From Polyangiales bacterium (GTDB lineage Bacteria; Myxococcota_A; Polyangia; Polyangiales; JADJQN01): DNA of 64,000 nt. Under the pieces are notes generated by a model. That model was not told the origin of the DNA. It searched no databases and saw only the letters and a program-made list of their open reading frames with translations. Made by a program: the position numbers and the translations under genes. The stretch spans positions 256,001-320,000 of the forward strand of contig CAXNJO010000002.1 in the NCBI GenBank assembly GCA_964202905.1, given 5' to 3'. Of this stretch, positions 1 through 12,122 are shown piece by piece (the stretch's first letter is position 1; every line of letters begins with the position of its first letter).

Positions 1-2
1 GC

Positions 3-1775
<1,773 letters not shown>

Positions 1776-2142
1776 GCGCGGGCCTGGCGCCGCGCGCCGG
1801 ACATCGGGGGACGAAGGCGTGCACGTGGGCGGGGTGTCGGGTGGGCGTCGATGCGGTCACGGCCGCGACGCCGGGATCGCGCCCTGCTGGTCACCCGACG
1901 GGCCCGCTTGCAGCTTGACGCCTCCGCGGCGCGGGCGTAATCAGGGCGGCAACCGAGATGGCGCGCCCGCCCGGCGAGCGCTCCCCCCGCGAGTCAGCAC
2001 CCGGATGGCCTGGTCCCTACGCACCCCCGTGTGGCGCCGCGATGCGGCGGTGCCGCCCGCGTCGAAGACAGCCCCGCCCCACGGCGCCTCTGCGCCCGGG
2101 CCGTCTGGGGCCGCGCCCGCCACCGAGCAATGGGAGAGCGAC

Positions 2143-2412
2143 ATGGAACGCATGAAGTGGGCGGAGATCTGCAGCCACGACGAGTTCCGCGGCCGCTGGG
2201 TGGCCCTCGACAGCTGCCGCTACGACGAGAGCACGGGGCGCGCGACGGAAGGCGCCGTCGTGGACGCCGACGACGACCTCGCCGAGTTGTGCACACGCAT
2301 CCGCGAGTCCGACTGGAAGAACTGCGCGATCCTCTTCTGCGCCGAGACCGAGCTCGAGGCGGCCCGACCGAGCCAGCCCCCCTCCGACCCCTTCCGGCAC
2401 AGCGCGCACTGA
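2143..2412 (+). CDS. Small hypothetical protein (89 aa), possibly DUF5678-like
   Basis: GGAGAG SD before ATG 2143; GC3-biased codons; FRGRWVALD..GAVVDADDDLAEL motif. Confidence 0.7.
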   Translation: MERMKWAEICSHDEFRGRWVALDSCRYDESTGRATEGAVVDADDDLAELCTRIRESDWKNCAILFCAETELEAARPSQPPSDPFRHSAH

Positions 2413-2489
2413 ATCGCTGCACGACGCGGTCACCCCGGCGGCGCGCTCCCGTGGCGGTGCGCTCCGCCCGAGCCGCTGCCGCGGACCGT

Positions 2490-2528
2490 CGATGCCGCCC
2501 AACGATGCCGCCCAACGATGCCGCCCAA
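2490..2528. repeat. 13-bp intergenic tandem repeat x3 (cgatgccgcccaa)
   Basis: Three exact copies between convergent genes. Confidence 0.9.
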
Positions 2529-2646
2529 CGGTGCGTCCACCGGGCAGCCGAGTGGTTGAACCGCTGGGACGCACGGCCGCCGGGAGGATGACGCGGCTCC
2601 GCGAGGGACGGGCGCGGCGGCCCGACCCCCGGGCGCACCATGCGCC

Positions 2647-3936
2647 TCAGCGCGCGAGCGCGATGCCGTAGATCGGCAGCGACCCGAACGTGATCGGCGC
2701 GCTCGTCTCTTCGGTGCCGGTCGCGAGCGACCAGATCCGCAGGCCCGCGTCCGTCACGACGTAGGCCGTCTCGCCATCGAGCACGAAGGACGTCACCCCG
2801 ACGCTCGCCGGCACGGGCGTGTCGAGCACGGCGCCGGTGTCGGCCCGCAGCTCGTACAGCGCGCCGCCCGCCGCGAGGTACACGCGCCCCGCGTCGGTGG
2901 TCGCGAGGCCCTTGAAGCCGCCGAGCGCGGCCTCCGTCGCCCCCGTCGGCGTGACGTTCCCCGAGGGGACGTCGACCGCGAGCAGCACGCCGTCCGTGTC
3001 GTCGAACCCGTCGTCGGTGCACGCGACGAGCACGACGTCGTCGTCGAGCCGCGCCATCGCGCCGGGGTTGCCGACCGGCAGCTCGATGCCCTGCATGCCC
3101 ACGCGCACGGGATCGGCGTCGAGCAGCGCGCCCGTCGCGGGATCGAGCACGGCGAGCGCGCTCGGCCCCGCGTAGAGCAGCTCGAACGTCGGCGAGAAGT
3201 AGAAGCGCCCGAGCGCGACGAGCAGGCGCCCGCCGTTCAGCAAGGCGCGGCTCATGTCGACCGAGTCGGGATCGCCCGCGGCCGCGAGCGGAGAGAGGTC
3301 CACCTCGCCGAGCACGGCGCCCGTCGTCGGCTCGAGCCGCACCGCGCTCGACCGCGCGTAGCGCGTCACATAGGCGGCGCCGCCCGCCTCGATCACCGTC
3401 TGCGGCGTCGAGACGTAGACGGAGGCGGGATCGCTGCCCGCCGGATCGACGTCGGTCGCGGAGACCGTCGTGAGCGGATCCCCCGCGGCCTGCCGACGCA
3501 CGAGGCCGCTGCCGCCCTCGAGGAGGTACGTGTCGCAGCCGGCGCGCACGGGCAGCGTGTCCTGATCGGCCGCGGGCGCCGACGCGAGGGTGACCGCGCG
3601 GGTCGCGAGCGAGAGCGTCGCGAGGCCGCCGTTCACGTAGTCGCTCGTGGTGACGAGCAGGTGGGTGGGCGTGCAGTCGACGGGCCCGGCGTCGGGGGCG
3701 CCGAGGTCGGGCTCCCCGAGATCCATCTCCCCCGCGTCCGCAAGCCCGGCGTCCGGCGCCGCGGCGTCGCTCACCGCGCCGTCGCCGCGGCCAGCATCGT
3801 TCATCGCCGCATCGGGACTCGGCGCCCCATCGTCGTCGCCGCAGCCTGCGAGCATCGCACCGAGCGCGAGCCCGAGCGCCCCGAGCGCCATCCAATCCCT
3901 CGTCGTCTTCGTCGTCGTCGCCTTCGTCGTCGCCAT
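2647..3936 (-). CDS. Lipoprotein, probable beta-propeller (YncE/BtuG-like), cobalamin-riboswitch regulated
   Basis: GAGG SD; lipobox LAG-C then DAG-rich linker; repeated short beta-strand blades (LLVTTSD, AYVTRY, LLVAL, VLVAC, VYLA, AYVV). Confidence 0.75.
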   Translation of the reverse strand: MATTKATTTKTTRDWMALGALGLALGAMLAGCGDDDGAPSPDAAMNDAGRGDGAVSDAAAPDAGLADAGEMDLGEPDLGAPDAGPVDCTPTHLLVTTSDYVNGGLATLSLATRAVTLASAPAADQDTLPVRAGCDTYLLEGGSGLVRRQAAGDPLTTVSATDVDPAGSDPASVYVSTPQTVIEAGGAAYVTRYARSSAVRLEPTTGAVLGEVDLSPLAAAGDPDSVDMSRALLNGGRLLVALGRFYFSPTFELLYAGPSALAVLDPATGALLDADPVRVGMQGIELPVGNPGAMARLDDDVVLVACTDDGFDDTDGVLLAVDVPSGNVTPTGATEAALGGFKGLATTDAGRVYLAAGGALYELRADTGAVLDTPVPASVGVTSFVLDGETAYVVTDAGLRIWSLATGTEETSAPITFGSLPIYGIALAR

Positions 3937-4080
3937 GGTCGGACCTCGCGGCGGGCGCCTCCCCGCGCCCGCGATGCCGTGTCCAGAACCCAGGGAAAAT
4001 GGGCGAAAGCGCACGCATCGCGCGGACGCGCGGCGCGTGGGAATCCGTCGCCCCACTCCCCGTGGGCCCGGTCACGTCGG

Positions 4081-4280
4081 TGCGCGCGGCAGGTCTCCTG
4101 ACTCCCGGATCATCCCCTCGGAGGCGCCTTCCCAGCAGCGTGCGCTGCCAGTGGATCGTGCCCCCAGGGTCCCCGGTTACAGTGGCGGGGGCCGTGCCGG
4201 TGTTCCACCGGCTTCCCTCGAGCGGGCATGGCGACATCGCCTCCCCGCCCCACCCGTCGTGCGGGTGACCGTGCGCCCGT
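4081..4280 (-). ncRNA. Cobalamin (B12) riboswitch
   Basis: Minus strand reads AGGGAAgccGGTGgAAcaCCggcacggCCCCCGCCACTGTAA ... CCACTG ... CTGGGAAGG ... GAGTCAGGAGACCTGCC (B12 box), ~150 nt upstream of ATG 3936. Boundaries approximate. Confidence 0.95.
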
Positions 4281-4370
4281 TGGTTGGATCTGTTCTCGAA
4301 CGCCTCGTCGGGTGTCCGCGCGCCCTGCGGCGAGCGGGGAGCGAGACTTAGCCCGCGGCGCTCCGTCGCG

Positions 4371-5339
4371 TCAACCGGACGAGAGCATCTCCACGACCTC
4401 GCGCGCGATGAGCCGCGCGCGCTCGACCTCCGAGGGCGGCAGGCTCACGGCCCCGACGACGGGGTGTCCGCCCCCGCCGTAGCGCGCGCAGATCGCGCTG
4501 ATGTCGTGCGTGCGCGGCACGGGCGCCCACGGGTTGCTCCCGACGCTCACCTTCGACCGCTGCTTGCCGGCCGTCACGGCCACGCAGTAGCGGGCTTCGG
4601 GGAAGAGCCAGTACGGGATGAACTTGTTGTAGCGATCGCCGGCGACCCCGACGAGATCGAAGAGCACCACGCCGGACTCGAGGCGCGCGCGATCACGGAT
4701 GAGCGCGAGCGTCTCGCGGTGCTGCACGAGGAGCGGCGCGAGGCGCTCGGCGACCTCCGCATCGGCGCCGAGCTCCGTGAGCGTCGCGCCCCGCGAGAGC
4801 CGCTCGATCCGCGGCGCGAGGAATTTGTCGCTGCCGTGCACCTCGACGACGGTCATCAGCTGCAGCGCGGGCTCCACGAGCTCCACGGGCATCACCGCGC
4901 TCGGGAAACGCGCGGCGTCGATGACGTCGGCCCAGCCGACCAGCTCCTCGAGCCCGGGAAGCCCGAGCCCGAAGCGGTCGCGCGCGACGTCCGCGATCAG
5001 CTTGCAGCACGAGCCGTAGGTGGGGTCGAAGAACTTCCGCCCGCTCGTGTCGGCGTCGAAGCTCGCGCGCTCCTCCGGGCCGACGATGCCGCTCTGGTGG
5101 TGATCGAAGAACCACGTGAGTTTCGGCGACGTCGTGTACCGGAAGTCGACGACCGCGTTCTCCTCGCCGGTGAGCACCGACTCGGGTACGAACGAGCCGC
5201 CCGGCTGGTGGTCGAGGCCGCGGTACTCGAACGCGAGGTCCTCGCCCTCGAGGTCGCGGATCAGGCGCGTGAGCACGGCGGCGGAGCACATCCCGTCGAA
5301 ACAGTGACCATGGTAGGCGATGGTGATCTTGCGGGTCAT
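4371..5339 (-). CDS. DHH/DHHA1 family phosphoesterase (NrnB-like nanoRNase)
   Basis: YHGHCFDG, VDF, FFDHH and C-terminal GGGH motifs. Confidence 0.85.
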   Translation of the reverse strand: MTRKITIAYHGHCFDGMCSAAVLTRLIRDLEGEDLAFEYRGLDHQPGGSFVPESVLTGEENAVVDFRYTTSPKLTWFFDHHQSGIVGPEERASFDADTSGRKFFDPTYGSCCKLIADVARDRFGLGLPGLEELVGWADVIDAARFPSAVMPVELVEPALQLMTVVEVHGSDKFLAPRIERLSRGATLTELGADAEVAERLAPLLVQHRETLALIRDRARLESGVVLFDLVGVAGDRYNKFIPYWLFPEARYCVAVTAGKQRSKVSVGSNPWAPVPRTHDISAICARYGGGGHPVVGAVSLPPSEVERARLIAREVVEMLSSG

Positions 5340-5346
5340 CGAAACC

Positions 5347-6117
5347 TCATCGGGGAGCAGACGCAGGCGGCGCCGCGCCCGCGGAGAGCACGACGGACGT
5401 GAGGTGCAACACGTACTTCTCCTGCGAGAAGAACGGCGGCCGCGCGACGCCGAGACGCGCCTCGAGGTGTGCACCGAGCCGCGCGAAGAGCGCGTGGCGC
5501 ACGCCGAGGGGGAGCCCCTCGCGGCGCAGCGAGAGCGCGATCATCGCCTCGCGCTCGAGCGGCGCGACGCGACGCGCCGCGTGGGCGACGAGCGGGTCGC
5601 GGAGGAAGGTGTTGTGGCGCTCCGTCGGCGGCACGATCTGCGCGGGCTGCGGCGCGCGGCGCTCGCGGACGACGAGCGTCCCGGCGGCGAGATCCCCGAG
5701 GCGGCGCCCCGCCGGATCGAGGAGCGCGCAGACGCCACCAAGCAGGTAGAGGCCGGGCAGCAGGTCCACGACGCGCACGAGGTTGCGCACGACCGCCTGC
5801 GCGAACGAGACGCGCAGGCCGCGCTCGTCGAGGGTCCGTAGACCGACGACCCGCTTGCCGATGGTGCGTCCGCCCGACCACCACTCCGCGAGCGCGCCGT
5901 ACCACCACTGCACGAGGAAGACGGCGATCGAGAGCAGCGCGACCGCGAAACCGCCGACGATCGACTGCGTCGCCGAGACCCCACACGCGACGGCCGTGAT
6001 CGCGCTGCCCATCACGGCGAGGTCGATCGCCCACGCGAGCGCGCGCGACGCGAGACCGGCGCGCTCGAACTCGAAGGCGACGTTCTCCGGTGTGCGGATC
6101 TCGTGGACGTCGCGCAC
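5347..6117 (-). CDS. RDD family membrane protein
   Basis: TPENVAFEFERAGLASRALAWAID, GRTIGKR, RRLGDLAAGTLVV. Confidence 0.9.
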   Translation of the reverse strand: MRDVHEIRTPENVAFEFERAGLASRALAWAIDLAVMGSAITAVACGVSATQSIVGGFAVALLSIAVFLVQWWYGALAEWWSGGRTIGKRVVGLRTLDERGLRVSFAQAVVRNLVRVVDLLPGLYLLGGVCALLDPAGRRLGDLAAGTLVVRERRAPQPAQIVPPTERHNTFLRDPLVAHAARRVAPLEREAMIALSLRREGLPLGVRHALFARLGAHLEARLGVARPPFFSQEKYVLHLTSVVLSAGAAPPASAPR

Positions 6118-6164
6118 GCGGCGTGTCTAGCACGGCGATCCCCGGCGGGATATCCTCGCGCGCG

Positions 6165-7232
6165 ATGCCAGCCTTCGACGTGCGACGCTTCGTCGATGAG
6201 CGCGCCGCCGTCTGGAGCGCCCTCGAGCGCGTGCTCGCCGACGCCGAACAGCGCGGCCTCGCGGCCCTCGGCGTGGCCGGCGCGCGCGAGCTCGGCCAGC
6301 TCTACCGCGCGGTGTCGAGCGACCTGCTCATCGCACGGGGCGAGCACATCGACGCGGGCGTCGTCGACTACCTGAACGATCTCGTCGCGCGCGCGTACGC
6401 GCACGTCCACGCGGGCACCGGGAACCGCGCGCGGCGCCTGCCGGCCTTCTTCCTGCGGGAGTTCCCGCGCCTCTTCCGCGCCGAGTGGCGCGCGGTCGCG
6501 CTCTCCGCGGCGCTCTTCTTCGGTGGTGCCGCGGTCGGCGCGACGGCGACGGCCCTCGACCCGCAGGCCGCCGGCGTCCTCATCCCCGAGGATCACCAGC
6601 GGCGCACGCCGGCGGAGCGTGTCGCCGAGGATGAACGAGGCAGCGACGCGACCAGCGACGCGGGCGCCGCGTTCTCGAGCTTCCTCTTCACGCACAACAT
6701 CCAGGTGACGTTCCTCGTGTTCGCGCTGGGGCTCACGTTCGGTGTCGGCACCGTCAGCCTGCTCTTCTACAACGGCGTGCCCATCGGCGCGCTCGCGATG
6801 CAGTACCACCAGTACGGCAAGGGCCTCTTCTTCTGGGCCTGGATCCTCCCGCACGGGATCCCGGAGATCACGCAGATCGTCATCGCGGGCGCCGCCGGGC
6901 TCGTGATCGCGCGCGGGCTCCTGCTGCCGCGCCGCCGCGCACGCGCGACCGCGCTCGCCGAGGAGGGACGGCGCGCGATGCGGCTCGTCGTCGGCGGGAT
7001 GCCGGTGCTCGTGCTCGCCGGGCTCATCGAGGGCACGATCTCGCAGATTCACGCGCCGATCGTGCCGTATGCGCTCAAGCTCGCCTTCGCTGCGGTCGTC
7101 GGCGTCGCGGTGTGGAGCTACCTGCTGCTCTCCGGTCGGAGCGCAGAGGCGGGCCGCGCCGCCGCGCTCGCCGAAGAGCTCGCCGCCCTCGCCGAGGCGC
7201 CGCCGACGCGCACGCCCGCCGCGCGCTCCTAG
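6165..7232 (+). CDS. Stage II sporulation protein M (SpoIIM) family membrane protein
   Basis: FTHNIQV, LFYNG, ILPHGIPEI, LAGLIEG; divergent from RDD, a usual partner. Confidence 0.88.
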   Translation: MPAFDVRRFVDERAAVWSALERVLADAEQRGLAALGVAGARELGQLYRAVSSDLLIARGEHIDAGVVDYLNDLVARAYAHVHAGTGNRARRLPAFFLREFPRLFRAEWRAVALSAALFFGGAAVGATATALDPQAAGVLIPEDHQRRTPAERVAEDERGSDATSDAGAAFSSFLFTHNIQVTFLVFALGLTFGVGTVSLLFYNGVPIGALAMQYHQYGKGLFFWAWILPHGIPEITQIVIAGAAGLVIARGLLLPRRRARATALAEEGRRAMRLVVGGMPVLVLAGLIEGTISQIHAPIVPYALKLAFAAVVGVAVWSYLLLSGRSAEAGRAAALAEELAALAEAPPTRTPAARS

Positions 7233-7337
7233 CGCGTGCAGCCGCCACACGCGGCCGCCGCGCACCGCCCCAGACGGCCCGGAAGCACGTCTTTTTCCCG
7301 CAAATCTGGCCGTTTCGTGCACTACCATCGACGCACC

Positions 7338-8441
7338 GTGCCGGCTTCCTCGTCCCCCGTGCGCCCGCTCGCTGCGCTGTCGCTCGCGCTCGTCGCCGCC
7401 TGCGCCGCGGAGACGGGGGTCGGCGTGCCCCTCGACGCCGCGCGCGCCGACGGCGGCGATGCCCCGGACGCCCGGCCCCGTGACGGCGCCGCCCTCGGGG
7501 ACGGCGCAGCGCGCGCCGATGCGGCCGGGAGCACCGACGCGGCCACCGATGCGCGCGCCACGATCGACGCAGGCCCCCCATGCCGGGGGGCGCCCTACCC
7601 GATCATCCTGCACCACGGCTTCTTCGGCTTCTCCGGGCTCGGCCCGATCAACTACTACTTCCGTGTCGCCGAGACGCTCCGCGCGCGGGGCGAGAGGGTC
7701 GTCGAGGCCGCGGTCGATCCCTTCAACGCCTCGGAGGTCCGCGCCGCGGATCTCGCCGCGATCGTCGACGAGACGCTCGCGACGACGGGCGCGTGCAAGG
7801 TCGACCTGATCGCGCACTCACAGGGCGGGCTCGATGCGCGCGTGCTCGTCGGGAGCCTCGGCTACGGCGACCGCGTCGCCTCGATCGTGACGGTCTCGAC
7901 CCCGCACCGCGGCACGCGCGTGGCCGACGTCGTGCTCCGCATCGTACCGGGCTGGTCGCGCCCCATCCTCGACTTCTTCGCGTTCCTCGTCGGCCGCGTG
8001 CTCAGCGAGGCGAGCGACGACGCGTCACTGCTCGCGTCCCTCGAGTCCCTCGCGGCCGCGAACGCGCCCGCCTTCGACGCGGCGAACCCCGACGACCCGC
8101 GCGTCGCCTTCTACAGCGTGGCGGGCCGCTCCAACCTCGATCTCGGCCGCGACGCGTGCGCCGGGTCGCTGTGGCCCAACCCGCCCGCGCGCGACGCCAT
8201 CGACCCGCTGCTCTCGGCGACGGGCGGCTTCTTGCGCGGCTCCGTCCTCGACCCCGCGCCGAACGACGGGCTCGTCACCGTCGCGTCCGCGCGCTGGGGC
8301 ACGTTCCTCACGTGCATCCCGGCCGATCACTTCGACGAGATCGGCCAGATCGCCGACGTGCTCCCAGACCCTACGAGCCGCTGGGACCACGTCGCGTTCT
8401 ACGACACGCTGGTCGACTTCCTCCGCACCGAAGGGCACTGA
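7338..8441 (+). CDS. Secreted/lipoprotein triacylglycerol lipase (alpha/beta hydrolase)
   Basis: YPIILHHG, AHSQGG nucleophile elbow, STPHRGT, PNDGLV, ADHFDEI; lipobox-like VAAC. Start could be 7359. Confidence 0.88.
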   Translation: MPASSSPVRPLAALSLALVAACAAETGVGVPLDAARADGGDAPDARPRDGAALGDGAARADAAGSTDAATDARATIDAGPPCRGAPYPIILHHGFFGFSGLGPINYYFRVAETLRARGERVVEAAVDPFNASEVRAADLAAIVDETLATTGACKVDLIAHSQGGLDARVLVGSLGYGDRVASIVTVSTPHRGTRVADVVLRIVPGWSRPILDFFAFLVGRVLSEASDDASLLASLESLAAANAPAFDAANPDDPRVAFYSVAGRSNLDLGRDACAGSLWPNPPARDAIDPLLSATGGFLRGSVLDPAPNDGLVTVASARWGTFLTCIPADHFDEIGQIADVLPDPTSRWDHVAFYDTLVDFLRTEGH

Positions 8442-8485
8442 GCGCGCGGCGCCCCCGCTGCGTGCACCGCGCGCGCCCTGCGGAC

Positions 8486-9064
8486 TCAGAGTCCGTCGAG
8501 GTCGTCCGAGCCCTCGCTGCCCGACGACGACGCGTCGCCGCCACCCTCGTCGTTGCCCGAGGCGTCGCTGCCCGAGGCGTCGCTCCCCTCGCCGTCCTCG
8601 CCGCCCGCGCTGCCCGAGTCCGTCGAGAGCCTTGGGCGCCAGCGGGTGCGCACCGCGTTCCACGGGCCGCCGCCGGTGTCGCTCTCGTCGTGGCCCCACT
8701 CGCCGAGCAGCTTGTAGCCCTCGGCATCCTTCACGAGCCGGAAGTAGCCGCGACCGCGGTTCACACGCGGAACACCCGCGACGAGCTCGCGCCGCTCGGT
8801 CCACGTGAAGCGCATGAGGTCGCCCTGCGCAGTGCCCTCGATGCGCCCGCTGCGCTCGTTCTTCGTGTACTCGCCGACGATCGTCGCGCCGGTCTGGACC
8901 ATGTCCATCCGCCCGTATTGCGGGGAGTTCCACACAGCGCCGAACGAGCCTCCCTCGGGCATGTCGCCCGCGACGAGGGCCGCGCGACCGGAGCCTCCGC
9001 CACAACCGGAGGCGGCCACCACGAACAGTGCGACGGTCACGAGCGTGCGAGTCAGCGGTCTCAT
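8486..9064 (-). CDS. Hypothetical lipoprotein (beta-rich domain, acidic Ser/Gly tail)
   Basis: Signal peptide with ASG-C lipobox; GC3-biased frame. Confidence 0.75.
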   Translation of the reverse strand: MRPLTRTLVTVALFVVAASGCGGGSGRAALVAGDMPEGGSFGAVWNSPQYGRMDMVQTGATIVGEYTKNERSGRIEGTAQGDLMRFTWTERRELVAGVPRVNRGRGYFRLVKDAEGYKLLGEWGHDESDTGGGPWNAVRTRWRPRLSTDSGSAGGEDGEGSDASGSDASGNDEGGGDASSSGSEGSDDLDGL

Positions 9065-9191
9065 CCGGGCATCCCTCCGCGGCAGACGCTGCCGCGCGCG
9101 TACGATAGTCGAAGCTGCGCGCGACCGGCAACGGCGAAGGTCCAACGTGCACACGCCCCGCGGCGCGCACCACGGCGCGCGGACGGTAGGT

Positions 9192-9220
9192 TTGCCGCGC
9201 GGGGATCGCCCCGATACAGT
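9192..9220 (+). promoter_or_regulatory. Putative sigma70 promoter of P-type ATPase
   Basis: TTGCCG-N17-TACAGT, ~30 nt before the start. Confidence 0.45.
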
Positions 9221-9249
9221 GCGCGTCGCACTCTGACGAGGAGCGGGAT

Positions 9250-12027
9250 TTGACGCAGGCGCAGAAGGCTTGGCACGCGATGGACGTGCAGGCCGTGAGC
9301 TCGTACTGGGAGTCGGACCTCCGCCACGGACTGAAGAACGACGAGGTCGCTGGCCGGCGCGCACGACTTGGGGAGAACCGCATCCCGGAGCCCCCCCGCC
9401 CGAACGCGCTGCTCCAGTTCCTCTCCGGCTTCGCCGACCCGCTCGTGGGCGCGCTCCTCGTCGCAGCCGTCATCGCCGCAGCCGTCGCGATCAGCGAAGG
9501 CGGCAGCGGACCTTGGATCACGCGCTTCAGCGACACGATCGCGATCCTGCTCATCGTGATCGTCAACGGCGTGCTCGGCTTCTTGCAGGAGCGGCGCGCC
9601 GAGCAGGCGCTCGACGCCTTGCAGAAGATGGCCGCGCCCAACGCGAAGGTCCTCCGCGACGGCGGCATCGCGGTGCTCCCGGCGGCTGCGCTCGTGCCCG
9701 GCGACGTCGTCGAGCTCGAGGCCGGCGACAGCATCCCCGCCGACCTCCGCCTCACCGAGACGCGCGAGTTCGCCGTCGAAGAGGCCGCCCTCACCGGCGA
9801 GTCGACGCCCGTCGACAAGCGCAGCGAGCAGCCGCTCGCCGAGGACGCCTCGCTCGCCGAGCGCGTGACGATGGCCTACATGGGCACGAGCGTGACCCGC
9901 GGCCGCGCGCGCGCGGTCGTCGTGCAGACGGGGCCGTTCACGGAGCTCGGACGCATCGGCGCGCTCATCCGCTCGACCGAGCGCGAGGAGACGCCCCTCG
10001 AGCAGCGCCTCGAGCGCTTCGGCAAGCAGATCCTCGTCGCGTGCCTCGCCATCAGCGTCGGGCTCTTCGTCATTGGCATCCTGCGCGGTGGTCAAGCCTG
10101 GACGGTGCTCCTGCTCACCGCCGTGAGCCTCGCGGTCGCCGCGATCCCCGAGGGCCTGCCCGCGATCACGACCATCACGCTCGCGCTCGGCATGCAGCGC
10201 ATGGCGCACCGCGGCGCGATCGTGCGCAAGCTGCCCGCCGTCGAGACGCTCGGCTCGGCGACCGTCATCTGCTCGGACAAGACGGGCACCCTCACGCAGA
10301 ACGCGATGACCGTGCGCATCGTCGAGACCGCCGAGGACGTGCTCGACGTCACCGGCGAGGGCTACGCGCCGGCGGGCCGCTTCGAGCGGCGCGGCGCGCC
10401 CGTCGACGCGCTGCCCGCGGTCGTCGCGCGACTCCTCCGCACCAGCGCGCTCTGCAACACGGCCGTCGTCGACACGAGCGGCGCGACCCCGAAGGTCATC
10501 GGCGATCCGACGGAAGCCGCGCTCGTCACGCTCGCGCTCAAAGGCGGCGTCGAGCGGGCCGCGCTCCTCGAGGGCGGTGAACTCGAGCGCGAGCTGCCCT
10601 TCGACTCCGACCGCAAGCGCATGACGGTCATCGTCCGCGACGCCGCGGGGGCGCGCTCCGCGCACGTGAAGGGCTCGCCGGACTTGCTCCTCCCGCTGTG
10701 CACGCACGTCCTCCGCGCGGAAGGGCGCGTGCCGCTCGACGCCGAGGAACGCGCGCGGCTCATCGCCCGCAACGAGGCCCACGCGAGCCAGGCGCTGCGC
10801 GTGCTCGCGCTCGCCGACCGCGACGACCCCGACGCGGCCGCCCCGGAGACCGGCCTCACGTTCCTCGGCTTCGCGGCCATGATCGACCCGCCCCGGCCGG
10901 AGGTGAAGGTCGCCGTCGCCGACTGCCACCGCGCCGGCATCCAGGTCGTGATGATCACGGGCGACCACAAGCTCACGGCCGTCGCGATCGCGCGCGAGCT
11001 CGGCTTCTGGCACGACGACTCGCTCGCGATGACGGGCGCGGAGCTCGAGGCGACGGACGACCAGCAGCTCATGGGCAACGTGCACCGCATCGCGGTGTTC
11101 GCCCGCGTCACCGCCGAGCAGAAGCTGCGCATCGTCCGCGCCCTCAAGCGGCGCGGCAACGTCTCGGCGATGACGGGCGACGGCGTCAACGACGCGCCCG
11201 CGCTGCGCGAGGCGAACATCGGCATCGCGATGGGCAAGGGCGGCACCGACGTCGCGCGCGAGGCTGCCGACATGGTCCTCGCCGACGACAACTTCGCGAC
11301 CATCGTGCAGGCGGTCCGCGAGGGCCGCGCGATCTTCCGCAACATCAAGAAGTTCATCTTCTTCCTGAACTCGTCGAACGCCGGGCTCGTCGCCGCCGTG
11401 ATCGCGAGCACCTTCTTCGACGACACGATCCGCTTCGCGCTGACGCCGCTGCAGCTGCTCTGGATCAACCTCGTCACCAACGGCCTGCCCGCGCTCGCGC
11501 TCGGCATCGATCCGCCCGGTCCCGGGCTCATGAGCGAGGCGCCGCGCCCGACGAGCGAGGGCCTGCTCTCCGCGAAGGACCTCCTCGCCACGGTCGCCGT
11601 CGGCATCGTGATGGGCGGTGCGGCGCTCGGCCTCTACCTGCTCCCCGATCACGCGCCGCAGATCTTCCCCGCGGGCCTCACCCGAGACGAGATGCTGGCC
11701 CACGCGCGCACGATGGCGTTCACGCTGCTCGCCATCTCGCCGCTCTTCCACGCGTTCAACTGTCGCAGCGAGCACGAGAGCATCTTCCGCGTGGGCTTGT
11801 TCACCAACAAGTTCCTCCTCGGCGCGGTCGCCGCGAGCGCGGCCGTGCACCTCATCACGCTCTTCGTGCCGCCCCTGCACGGCATCTTCCGGACGCACAT
11901 GATGACGGGCACCGAGTGGGCGGTCGTCCTCGGGCTGTCGGTGCTGCCGGTCCCGCTCTTCGAACTCTGGAAGCTCGTCGCGCCGAAGCCGCCCGTCCCG
12001 CCGCGCGCCTCGCTCCTGCCGGGCTGA
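9250..12027 (+). CDS. Cation-translocating P-type ATPase (P-IIA/SERCA-like scaffold)
   Basis: [52 protein letters not shown]. Confidence 0.95.
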   Translation: MTQAQKAWHAMDVQAVSSYWESDLRHGLKNDEVAGRRARLGENRIPEPPRPNALLQFLSGFADPLVGALLVAAVIAAAVAISEGGSGPWITRFSDTIAILLIVIVNGVLGFLQERRAEQALDALQKMAAPNAKVLRDGGIAVLPAAALVPGDVVELEAGDSIPADLRLTETREFAVEEAALTGESTPVDKRSEQPLAEDASLAERVTMAYMGTSVTRGRARAVVVQTGPFTELGRIGALIRSTEREETPLEQRLERFGKQILVACLAISVGLFVIGILRGGQAWTVLLLTAVSLAVAAIPEGLPAITTITLALGMQRMAHRGAIVRKLPAVETLGSATVICSDKTGTLTQNAMTVRIVETAEDVLDVTGEGYAPAGRFERRGAPVDALPAVVARLLRTSALCNTAVVDTSGATPKVIGDPTEAALVTLALKGGVERAALLEGGELERELPFDSDRKRMTVIVRDAAGARSAHVKGSPDLLLPLCTHVLRAEGRVPLDAEERARLIARNEAHASQALRVLALADRDDPDAAAPETGLTFLGFAAMIDPPRPEVKVAVADCHRAGIQVVMITGDHKLTAVAIARELGFWHDDSLAMTGAELEATDDQQLMGNVHRIAVFARVTAEQKLRIVRALKRRGNVSAMTGDGVNDAPALREANIGIAMGKGGTDVAREAADMVLADDNFATIVQAVREGRAIFRNIKKFIFFLNSSNAGLVAAVIASTFFDDTIRFALTPLQLLWINLVTNGLPALALGIDPPGPGLMSEAPRPTSEGLLSAKDLLATVAVGIVMGGAALGLYLLPDHAPQIFPAGLTRDEMLAHARTMAFTLLAISPLFHAFNCRSEHESIFRVGLFTNKFLLGAVAASAAVHLITLFVPPLHGIFRTHMMTGTEWAVVLGLSVLPVPLFELWKLVAPKPPVPPRASLLPG

Positions 12028-12122
12028 CGCCGCGGCGCGGAGTTCCTTTACCGTGCGGGCTCGGTCTGGTAGGAACGAAAGCCCGTTTGTGGAGCTTGCG
12101 CGTCGAGCGCGCGGAGGAGTCG

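Noticed and set aside
2490..2528. 13-bp triple repeat as a CRISPR or iteron array
   Set aside because: No spacers, only three adjacent short copies, and no cas or rep gene.
9061..11898. Long antisense and alternate-frame ORFs (e.g. 9061-11898, 21369-23687, 52494-55178)
   Set aside because: Shadow ORFs expected at very high GC; Arg/Ala/Pro-rich, motif-free and overlapping well-supported genes.
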